Made by a program: the position numbers and the translations under genes
Assembly: GCA_963808825.1 (NCBI GenBank)
Contig: CAWEGW010000011.1
Location: 172,836-236,835, forward strand
Direction: 5' to 3'
Origin: Miltoncostaeaceae bacterium
Lineage (GTDB): Bacteria > Actinomycetota > Thermoleophilia > Miltoncostaeales > Miltoncostaeaceae
DNA length: 64,000 nt
The notes under the pieces: model-generated
The model's database searches: none
The model's input: only the letters and a program-made list of their open reading frames with translations
What the model was told of the DNA's origin: nothing
Part shown: piece after piece, positions 56,959 through 64,000 of the stretch
Layout: each line of letters opens with the position of its first letter
How positions within the stretch are numbered: position 1 is the first letter of the stretch

Positions 56959-59031
56959 CTAGGCCTCCTGCGGGTCGACGTCGACGGCGACGCGCACCCC
57001 CGCGCGGCGCAGGTCGGCGGCGGCGCCGTCGAGGGCGGCCCGCAGCGGCGCCGCGGCCTCCGTCGCCCGCCCCGCCCGCAGGAGCAGAGCGCGGCGGGCG
57101 CGCCCGCGCAGGCGGTGCAGCGGGGCCGGCCCCAGCAGGCCGACGGCGGGCGCGGCCGACCGCACGTCGCCCGCGATGCGCTCGGCCGCCGCCGCCACCG
57201 CGTCCGGGCGCTCGCCGTTGACCACCGCGCGCACCAGGTGGGCGAAGGGCGGCAGGCCGTGGGCACGGCGGCGCTCGAGCTCGCCGTCGAGGAACTCGGC
57301 CACCGCCTGGCGCGCGGCGAGCCGCACCGCCCGGGCCTCGGGCTCGTAGGCCTGCACGATCACCCGGGCCGGCTCCCCCCGCCGGCCCGCCCGGCCGGCG
57401 AGCTGGACGATGAGGTCGAAGGCGCGCTCCTCGGAGCGGAAGCCCGCGTGCTGCAGGGGCGCGTCGGCGTTGACCGCGGCCGCCACCGTCACGTCCGGCA
57501 GGTCGTGGCCCTTGGCGACCATCTGGGTGCCCAGCAGGATGGCGGGACCGGGCCGGGCGAACTCCGCCAGCAGGCGCCGCACCGCCCCCCGGCCCGACGC
57601 GCTCGAGCCGTCCATGCGCACCAGGCGCGCCGCCGGCACCAGCCGGGCCAGGGCGGCCTCGAGGCCCTGGGAGCCCGAGCCCTGCCGCGCCACGCCGGCC
57701 GCGCCGCACGACGGGCAGACGCCGGGCGCCTCCTCGGAGTGGCCGCAGTGGTGGCACGACAGGCGGCGCGGCGCCTCGTGGAGCACGAGGGCGACGTCGC
57801 AATGGGGGCAGCGCGCGATCCAGCCGCACTCGCGGCAGAGGGCCATCAGGGCGAAGCCTCGCCGGCTGGCCAGGAGCACCGCCTTCTCGCCGCGGCCGGC
57901 GGCCGCGTGCAGCGCCGAGGCGAGCGGGCGCGAGACCGGCCCGGCCCCCTGCAGCCGCATGTCCACGACCTCGATCGCCGGCGGCGCGGTGCCGTCCGGG
58001 CGCGCGTGCAGGGTGCGCCGGGGCACCGCGCTCCAGGTCTCGGGGCGCGGGGTGGCGGTGCCGTAGATGACCGCCGCGCCGGCCGCCCGGGCGCGCCGGG
58101 CGGCGACCTGGCGGGCGTCGTAGCGGGGCGTCGCGTCCTGCTTGTAGGACGCGTCGTGCTCCTCGTCGACCACCACGAGCCCGAGCCGCGCCACCGGCGC
58201 GAAGACCGCGCTCCGGGCCCCCAGGACGACGTCGGCCTCGCCCTCGCGCACCCGGCGGTGCTCCTCGGCCCGCTCGGCCCGCGACATCGCCGAGTGCCAG
58301 ACGCTGACGCCCTCGCCGAGGCGCGCCCGCAGCCGGGACAGGAGCTGGGGCGTGAGCGCGATCTCCGGGACGAGCACGATCGAGCCGCGCCCGGCGGCGC
58401 GGACCTCTGCGATCGCGCGCAGGTAGACCTCGGTCTTGCCGGATCCCGTCACCCCGTGCAGCAGCAGCCGGCCGCCGTCGGCGACTGCGCCGCGGACCGC
58501 CTCCAGCGCCTCGGCCTGGTCGGCCGTCAGCGGCGGCGGCTCGTCGCGGGCGGGCGCGCCCCCGCCGACCGACTCCAGCGCCCGGGTCGCCGGCGCGCGG
58601 GCCTCGAGGGCGATGACGCCGTCGGCCGCCATGCGCCGCAGCGTCGCCATCGTGGTGCCCGCCGCCCGGCACAGCTCGGCGGCGGAGGCCGTCCCGCCGG
58701 CCCCGGCGAGGGCGTCCGCGACGGCGCGCCGGCGGGCGCTGCCGGCGGCCTCGGGCGCGGCGAGGAGCGCCGCCGTCAGGCGCGGCGCGGCGCCGGAGGG
58801 CGGCGCCGCCAGCCGCCAGCCGCCGTCCGGGCCGCGGCGCAGGGCGCCGTCCGCCCCGGGCGGCAGGACCAGCTTCAGGCACGTGGCCGTGGGTGCCAGG
58901 TAGTACCGGGCCGTCCAGAGCGCCAGCTCCAGCAGCTCGGGCGGCACGGGGGGCGCCTCGACGGCCCCCGCGAGCGGCGCCAGGCGGCCCTCGTGGGTGG
59001 CCGGCCCGCGCCCGACGACGAGGCCGAGCAC
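56959..59031 (-). CDS. priA: primosomal protein N' (PriA helicase); conserved N-terminal sequence continues upstream to ~59180 without a canonical start
   Basis: LLHGVTGSGKTEVY, VVDEEHD, Cys-rich insert CRECGWIARCPHCDVALVLH...CHHCG...CPSCG, QLAGRAGR. Codons 59032-59184 read QVHPLVEARGLDRILDYAVPEALDAAAVPGALVACPLGPRR, typical of the PriA 3'-DNA-binding domain. Confidence 0.88.
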   Translation of the reverse strand: MLGLVVGRGPATHEGRLAPLAGAVEAPPVPPELLELALWTARYYLAPTATCLKLVLPPGADGALRRGPDGGWRLAAPPSGAAPRLTAALLAAPEAAGSARRRAVADALAGAGGTASAAELCRAAGTTMATLRRMAADGVIALEARAPATRALESVGGGAPARDEPPPLTADQAEALEAVRGAVADGGRLLLHGVTGSGKTEVYLRAIAEVRAAGRGSIVLVPEIALTPQLLSRLRARLGEGVSVWHSAMSRAERAEEHRRVREGEADVVLGARSAVFAPVARLGLVVVDEEHDASYKQDATPRYDARQVAARRARAAGAAVIYGTATPRPETWSAVPRRTLHARPDGTAPPAIEVVDMRLQGAGPVSRPLASALHAAAGRGEKAVLLASRRGFALMALCRECGWIARCPHCDVALVLHEAPRRLSCHHCGHSEEAPGVCPSCGAAGVARQGSGSQGLEAALARLVPAARLVRMDGSSASGRGAVRRLLAEFARPGPAILLGTQMVAKGHDLPDVTVAAAVNADAPLQHAGFRSEERAFDLIVQLAGRAGRRGEPARVIVQAYEPEARAVRLAARQAVAEFLDGELERRRAHGLPPFAHLVRAVVNGERPDAVAAAAERIAGDVRSAAPAVGLLGPAPLHRLRGRARRALLLRAGRATEAAAPLRAALDGAAADLRRAGVRVAVDVDPQEA

Positions 59032-59184
59032 GCGGCGCGGGCCGAGCGGGCACGCGACCAGGGCGCCGGGGACGGCCGCGGCGTCGAGCGCCTCTGGGAC
59101 GGCGTAGTCGAGGATCCGGTCGAGGCCGCGCGCCTCGACCAGCGGGTGGACCTGGGCCGGGGAGGCCGTGGCCGTCGGCGCCCC

Positions 59185-60381
59185 CTAGGCGCTCTGCGCC
59201 AGCCGGTCGCCCGCCTCGCGGCCGATCTCGGTCGACTCCCAGGTGAAGTCGGGGTCGTGGCGCCCGAAGTGCCCGTAGGCCGCGGTCTTCTGGTAGATCG
59301 GCCGGCGCAGGTCGAGGCGCTCGATGATCGCGCCCGGGCGCAGGTCGAACTTCTCCGAGACCCACTGGGCGATCAGGTCCTGCGAGCGCGTCTCGGTGCC
59401 GTAGGTCTCGATCATCACCGAGACCGGGTGGGCGACGCCGATCGCGTAGGCCACCTGCACCTCGCAGCGGCGCGCGAAGCCCGCGGCCACCACGTTCTTG
59501 GCCACCCAGCGCGCCGCGTAGGCCGCCGAGCGGTCCACCTTCGAGGGGTCCTTCCCGGAGAAGGCGCCGCCGCCGTGGCGGGCCATGCCGCCGTAGGTGT
59601 TGACGATGATCTTGCGCCCGGTCAGGCCGCAGTCGCCCAGCGGCCCCCCGACCACGAAGGTGCCGGTGGGGTTGATGTAGTGGGTGATGCCGCTCCCGTA
59701 CATCTCGAAGTCCTCGAGCACCGGGCGCACGACCTGCCCGATGACCTCGTCGCGGAGCAGGTCGGCCGACACGTCGGGGGCGTGCTGGGTCGAGACCACC
59801 ACGGAGGTGACCTCCTTCGGCGCCCCGTCCTCGTAGCGCACCGTGACCTGCGACTTCCCGTCGGGGCGGAGGTAGGTCATCGAGCTGCGCCGCATCGCCG
59901 CCAGGCGCTCGCAGAGGCGGTGGGCGAGGGTGATCGGCAGCGGCATCAGCTCGGGCGTCTCGTCGGTCGCGTAGCCGAACATGAGGCCCTGGTCGCCGGC
60001 GCCCTGGAGGTCGTAGGGGTCCGAGTCCTTGCGCCCGCGCGCCTCGAGCGCGTGGTCCACGCCCTGGGCGATGTCGGGCGACTGCTCGTCGAGCGCGACC
60101 GACACGCCGCAGGTCTCGCAGTCGAAGCCGTACTTCGCCCGGTCGTAGCCGATCCTCCGGATCGTCCCGCGGACGATCTGGGGGATGTCGACGTAGGTCG
60201 ACGTCGAGATCTCGCCGGCCACCATCACCTGGCCGGTCGTGATCAGCGTCTCGCAGGCGACGCGGCCGTGGGGATCGTCGGCCAGCACCGCGTCGAGGAC
60301 GCCGTCCGAGATCTGGTCGGCGATCTTGTCCGGGTGGCCCTCGGTGACGGACTCCGAGGTGAAGAGGTGGCTCTGTCCCAT
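59185..60381 (-). CDS. metK: S-adenosylmethionine synthase
   Basis: [20 protein letters not shown]...[12 protein letters not shown]...[19 protein letters not shown]. Confidence 0.95.
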   Translation of the reverse strand: MGQSHLFTSESVTEGHPDKIADQISDGVLDAVLADDPHGRVACETLITTGQVMVAGEISTSTYVDIPQIVRGTIRRIGYDRAKYGFDCETCGVSVALDEQSPDIAQGVDHALEARGRKDSDPYDLQGAGDQGLMFGYATDETPELMPLPITLAHRLCERLAAMRRSSMTYLRPDGKSQVTVRYEDGAPKEVTSVVVSTQHAPDVSADLLRDEVIGQVVRPVLEDFEMYGSGITHYINPTGTFVVGGPLGDCGLTGRKIIVNTYGGMARHGGGAFSGKDPSKVDRSAAYAARWVAKNVVAAGFARRCEVQVAYAIGVAHPVSVMIETYGTETRSQDLIAQWVSEKFDLRPGAIIERLDLRRPIYQKTAAYGHFGRHDPDFTWESTEIGREAGDRLAQSA

Positions 60382-60628
60382 GCGGCTACGGCTCCCGATC
60401 GCTGGAAGAACAGCCAGGGAGCATAGACCAGCCTCCAGGCGGCCATGACGCTTTTCGGCGGCCGGCCCCGGCGAACAGCCGACGACCCGTGTCCGCCATC
60501 ACGGCGAGAGGCGGCCTGGTGTCGATCTCGTCCCATTCGTTGCTCGGCCCCCGGGCAGGAGCTAGCGTGGCGAGCGTCCCCAACCAGAGTGAGGTCGTCC
60601 GCCCCGCCCCTCCAGAACGGAGGTTGTC

Positions 60629-61831
60629 ATGGGTAATCCCGCGGAGACCGCCACCGACATACGTCCTTTCCGGGTCGAGATTCCAGAAGAGCAGCTCGCT
60701 GAGCTGCGACGCCGGATCGAGGCGACGCGCTCGCCTTCGAAAGAGCTCGTTGCAGACCGCTCCCAGGGCGTGCAGCTGGCGACGATGCAGGCGCTCGCCC
60801 GCTACTGGGCGAGCGAGTACGACTTCGGGCGCGTGGAGGCGAGGTTGAACGCGCTGGCGCAGTTCACGACCCAGATCGACGGGGTCGACATCCACTTCAT
60901 CCACGTCAGGTCGCGGCACGAGAACGCGTTGCCGCTGATCATGACGCACGGTTGGCCCGGCTCGGTCATCGAGCTGCTGGAGACCGTCGGCCCGCTGACC
61001 GACCCGACCGCTCACGGCGGCACCCCCGAGGACGCATTCCACCTGGTGCTGCCGTCCTTGCCTGGCTACGGCTTCTCGGGCGAGCCGACCGAGCTCGGCT
61101 GGGAGTCCGGCCGCATCGCACGCGCCTGGGCGGAGCTGATGGACCGCCTCGGCTACACGCGCTACGTCGCCCAGGGGGGCGACGTGGGCGCCGCCGTCAC
61201 CGACGCGATGGGCCGCCAAGCGCCCGAGGGGCTGCTCGGCATCCACATGAACCTGCTCCTCGCGGCGGTCGGCCTCAAGGACCAACTGCCGGCGGAGTCC
61301 GAGCAGGAACGCGCGGCGCACGACGCGGTCAACACGGTCACGACGGACGGCTCCGGCTACTTCCTGGAGCAGTCCACCCGGCCGCAGACGATCGGCTACG
61401 CCCTGCTGGATTCACCCGTCGCGCTGGCGGCCTGGCTGCTCGACCACGACACGGACAGCTACTACAAGATCTCCCGCGCCTTCGTCGACGGCGAGCCCGC
61501 GGGCAATCTCACCCGGGACAGCATCCTCGACAACATCACGCTGTACTGGCTGACGGGCACCGGCGCCTCGGCGGCCCGGTGGTACTGGGAGACCGGACGG
61601 GCCCAGGCCGCAGCCCGTGCGGCCGGCCAGGCTCCTCCGGCGGTCTCGGTTCCGGTCGGCTTCACGACGTTCCCCGGCGAGATCTTCGCTGCCCCCCGCA
61701 GCTGGGTCGAGACGGTCTACCCCAACCTCGCCTACTTCAACGAGGTCGACAGCGGTGGCCACTTCGCCGCCTGGGAGGAGCCGGAGCTCTTCTCCACCGA
61801 GGTGCGGGCCGCCTTCAGCTCGCTGCGCTAA
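60629..61831 (+). CDS. epoxide hydrolase (EHN N-terminal domain + alpha/beta hydrolase)
   Basis: IRPFRVEIPEEQLAELRRRIEATR...GVDIHFIHVRS...LIMTHGWPGS...YVAQGGDVGA...GGHFAAWEEPELF. GC visibly lower (~60-66 %) than the flanks. Confidence 0.88.
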   Translation: MGNPAETATDIRPFRVEIPEEQLAELRRRIEATRSPSKELVADRSQGVQLATMQALARYWASEYDFGRVEARLNALAQFTTQIDGVDIHFIHVRSRHENALPLIMTHGWPGSVIELLETVGPLTDPTAHGGTPEDAFHLVLPSLPGYGFSGEPTELGWESGRIARAWAELMDRLGYTRYVAQGGDVGAAVTDAMGRQAPEGLLGIHMNLLLAAVGLKDQLPAESEQERAAHDAVNTVTTDGSGYFLEQSTRPQTIGYALLDSPVALAAWLLDHDTDSYYKISRAFVDGEPAGNLTRDSILDNITLYWLTGTGASAARWYWETGRAQAAARAAGQAPPAVSVPVGFTTFPGEIFAAPRSWVETVYPNLAYFNEVDSGGHFAAWEEPELFSTEVRAAFSSLR

Positions 61832-61950
61832 CGACGCCATTGCGTTCGGCTCTCTACAGGGGGAGGTTCGAGGCCGCCCGCTCGGCTCCGGAGCCGTCGG
61901 GTCGGCGCCGACGCGCAGGCGTCGGCGACGGACGGCCCGGCTTGCCGCAA

Positions 61951-61984
61951 GCAAGGATCCGCGGCGCTAGCCGCGGATCCTTGC
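61951..61984. terminator. perfect 15-bp hairpin between convergent genes (bidirectional terminator candidate)
   Basis: gcaaggatccgcggc-gcta-gccgcggatccttgc. The loop/stem contains the stop codon (61967-61969) of the DUF3352 gene. No U-tract. Confidence 0.45.
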
Positions 61985-63619
61985 GAACACCTCGAAGGTC
62001 GGGGTGTCCCCGGCGGTGGTCCAGGCGGCGATGCTCTTCAGCGGGCGCAGGTTGGCCAGCGTCTCGGGCGTCGCGTCCTCGAAGGCGCCCATGTTGCGCA
62101 GCGTGGCGATGCCCTTCTCCAGGTTGAGCCACATGACCGAGGTGACCTGCTCGGGCATCCCGGCCGTGCCCTGCTGGAAGGCCTCCGAGCCGGAGAGCGG
62201 GTTCACCGGCCGCTGCACCGAGGCGACCGCCTTCACGCTCGTCCCGATGATGGCCAGGTCGCCGTCCACGCCGTAGACGACGCCCGCCTCGGGCGAGAGC
62301 GGCAGCCGCCAGCCCTGGATGCCGCCGGCGAGCGGCACGCGGGTCCACTCCGGGATCGTGGTGTCGGGGCTGAAGGTCCTCACGAGCCCCGGGATCCCGG
62401 TGCGGAGCTTGTCGAGCGTCGCCTGGGCCTGGGCGCCGTCCTCGACCTGCAGGGCGAGCGCGGCCCCGGGGGTGGCGCCCGGCGTGACCACGAGCGCGTG
62501 CTCGCCCTCGGCGAGCGCGGAGAGCTGGTCGATCGAGACCCCGAGGAGCTGCGGCAGCTGGCCCGAGAGGCCCTCGAGCTGGCGCTGCTCCTCGTCGCCG
62601 AGGCTGCCCTGCACCTGCTGGAAGACCTCGGTGAGGGTGCCGGCCATGTCGGAGAAGCCGGCGTAGGCGAGCGCGTCGGCCGGGACCGTGTCGGTGAGCT
62701 GCGGGCTGAACTCCGCGGGCGTGACGGCCGCCGGCGCGCCGAGCACGACGCCCTTCATGCGGGCGCCGTCGGGCTCCGCCGCGATCGAGGCCGCCATGAC
62801 GGCGTCGCGGTAGTCGGCGAGGCCGAGCTGCTCGGCCTGGGGTCCCGCCGCCGTGGCGGCGCTCTGCACGAACGCGCCGAGGTCCAGGTAGGCCTGGCCG
62901 AAGACGTCGGGCGGGAGCTTGGCGAGCGCGTCGGTGAACCTGTCGGTCCCGGCGAGGGTCTGGTCGCCGCCGGCGGCGTGGGCGTCGAGCGCCGCGAAGA
63001 CCTGCTGCTGCGTGTCCGAGAAGATCAGCGCCTCGTCGTCGACCGCGACCACGCCGTCGTCGCCCTGCTGCGTGTAGTACTCCGCCCCCTGGTGCTCGCC
63101 GGCGGCCGTCGCGCCCTCCCGCACCAGCAGATCCTTCACCTGCTGGGCCTTGCCGTCGGCCACCTCGACGACGGCGACGAACGCCATGTCGTCGGCGGCG
63201 TCCGCGGCCGCGCCCGCGTCGGGCGCCGTGGTCGTGAGCGCGCCCTCGAGCTCGGCGGCGTCGGGCAGCTGAAGGCCCGCGATGGCAGCCCGCTCGCCGA
63301 GCAGCGGCTTGACGTCGGCGTCGAAGTCGACGTCGCCGGCGCGGAGCTCCCGCTGGAGCGTGCGCTCGAGGTCCGGGTAGCCGGGGAACTGCTCGGCCAG
63401 GCCCTGGACCTGCTGCCACTGGGCCCCGTCGAAGTCGGTCGTCACCTCGAGGTAGAGCGGGCTCGACGAGGGCACGAACGACGCGACGTCGCCCGCGCTG
63501 GAGCCGCTCTCCGAGTCACCCCCACACCCTGCGACCGCGATGGCCGATCCCGCGAGCGCCGCGGTCAGGATCACGACGGACCGGTTGCGGCGAAGCGCGC
63601 CGGGAAGCTTCAGGGCCAT
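61967..63619 (-). CDS. DUF3352-like lipoprotein (550 aa)
   Basis: Lipobox LAGSAIAVAGCGG. SPLYLEVTTDFDGAQWQQVQGLAEQFPG...VKPLLGERAAIAG. The family assignment is from memory of DUF3352 features. Confidence 0.6.
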   Translation of the reverse strand: MALKLPGALRRNRSVVILTAALAGSAIAVAGCGGDSESGSSAGDVASFVPSSSPLYLEVTTDFDGAQWQQVQGLAEQFPGYPDLERTLQRELRAGDVDFDADVKPLLGERAAIAGLQLPDAAELEGALTTTAPDAGAAADAADDMAFVAVVEVADGKAQQVKDLLVREGATAAGEHQGAEYYTQQGDDGVVAVDDEALIFSDTQQQVFAALDAHAAGGDQTLAGTDRFTDALAKLPPDVFGQAYLDLGAFVQSAATAAGPQAEQLGLADYRDAVMAASIAAEPDGARMKGVVLGAPAAVTPAEFSPQLTDTVPADALAYAGFSDMAGTLTEVFQQVQGSLGDEEQRQLEGLSGQLPQLLGVSIDQLSALAEGEHALVVTPGATPGAALALQVEDGAQAQATLDKLRTGIPGLVRTFSPDTTIPEWTRVPLAGGIQGWRLPLSPEAGVVYGVDGDLAIIGTSVKAVASVQRPVNPLSGSEAFQQGTAGMPEQVTSVMWLNLEKGIATLRNMGAFEDATPETLANLRPLKSIAAWTTAGDTPTFEVFARIRG

Positions 63620-63767
63620 GAACGGGGGACCTCCGGGAGGGTGTGGAGAACGACCGAAGCGACCGTAGCATCGGCCCCCTTCCGGGCCATTGGACCCGAG
63701 TAAAGGCCTGGTTCAGAAGGGCTCCCCGGGCGGGTGGGGGCCTCCGGAGGGGGCGTCGCCGAGCGCC

Positions 63768-64000
63768 CTAGGGGCGGGTGCGGACCTCGAGGACCAGGGG
63801 CACGCCGTCGAGGTCGAACCGCTGGCGCAGCCGGTTCTCCAGCCAGAAGCCGTAGTCGCGGGTCATGAGGGAGCGGTCGTTGACGTCGAGGCGGAAGGTC
63901 GGCGGCGCCTCGCCCGTCTGCACGAGGTAGCGCAGCGACAGCCGGCGGTTGCCCTTGCGAGGGCCTTGGCGCTCGGCCGCGAGCTCCCGGAGGGCCGTGT
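63768..64000 (-). CDS. der: GTPase Der (EngA), C-terminal KH-like domain only (5' part outside window)
   Basis: Reverse translation gives ...RKGNRRLSLRYLVQTGEAPPTFRLDVNDRSLMTRDYGFWLENRLRQRFDLDGVPLVLEVRTRP*. Confidence 0.75.
   Translation of the reverse strand, partial: TALRELAAERQGPRKGNRRLSLRYLVQTGEAPPTFRLDVNDRSLMTRDYGFWLENRLRQRFDLDGVPLVLEVRTRP

Noticed and set aside
59185-59187. MetK-PriA fusion by TAG read-through
   Set aside because: The in-frame arrangement is real, but a fusion of these two enzymes has no precedent I know of. A lost or non-canonical priA start is far more parsimonious, and this is kept as a minor alternative in the priA finding.
55994-59365. 1123-aa minus-strand ORF spanning priA out of frame
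   Set aside because: Only the last 290 codons (from the SD+ATG at 56866) look like protein. The upstream part is the out-of-frame shadow of priA. Likewise, ORF 29873-32200 is real only from the ATG at 31195 (ffh).
60382-60628. Possible SAM riboswitch in the 247-nt region upstream of metK
   Set aside because: I could not find the conserved SAM-I (..CUUAUC..AGAGG..GCAACC..) or SAM-IV (..GGCAACC..) core sequences on the metK strand. An Infernal scan would be needed, so nothing is claimed.
1-64000. Search for CRISPR arrays, tRNA/rRNA/tmRNA/SRP RNA genes, transposases, integrases, phage genes and known defence-system components
   Set aside because: No intergenic gap exceeds ~260 bp. None of the gaps showed tRNA-like cloverleaf arms, the SRP RNA GGAAGCAGC motif or repeat-spacer structure. 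No ORF showed DDE/tyrosine-recombinase/terminase-type motifs. The inspection was by eye, so small ncRNAs could be missed.

Overview
High-GC (~72-74 %) chromosomal segment with actinobacterial-type core synteny. By inference this is Actinomycetota, possibly a Thermoleophilia/Rubrobacteria-like lineage; GTG starts and 4-nt start/stop overlaps are frequent. I recognise about 73 protein genes and no rRNA, tRNA, CRISPR array, transposase or integrase.

Layout:
- 1-18 kb: mixed metabolic and regulatory genes (trpF, NarL-type two-component set, corA, HIT, phosphomannomutase, ABC transporter, hydrolase, futalosine-type radical SAM, DUF1802/ferredoxin, MarR, IDH-like, AKR, WS/DGAT, NUDIX, UbiA).
- 18-25 kb: DNA-processing neighbourhood (fused PafBC, dprA, comM, yraN).
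- 27-38 kb: minus-strand housekeeping run rnhB-rplS-trmD-rimM-KH-rpsP-ffh-ftsY-smc-rnc-acpP-plsX-rpmF.
- 42-46.6 kb: yceD-coaD-rsmD-recG.
- 47.7-60.4 kb: minus-strand run metK-priA-(hyp)-(Ser/Thr kinase)-def-fmt-rsmB-rpe-ribD-ribE-ribBA-ribH.
- After that: epoxide hydrolase, a DUF3352 lipoprotein and der.

Main points:
1. The first ~21 kb carries about 39 reading-frame switches inside otherwise well conserved genes, and I saw none afterwards. The simplest explanation is assembly indels. The supplied ORF track is therefore unreliable in that region, and it also omits edge-truncated ORFs such as trpF and the histidine kinase.
2. Three small accessory insertions interrupt otherwise conserved gene strings: yraN|rnhB, rpmF|yceD and priA|def.
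3. The yraN|rnhB insert is the best candidate for something undescribed. It pairs an XRE-HTH joined to an alkyltransferase-like domain with a divergent, uncharacterised 295-aa protein. I cannot assign it a function from sequence alone.
4. I found no convincing evidence of a known defence system, prophage or mobile element.

Coordinates of starts I derived by hand were frame-checked against the ORF track. Hairpin and promoter coordinates may be off by 1-2 nt.
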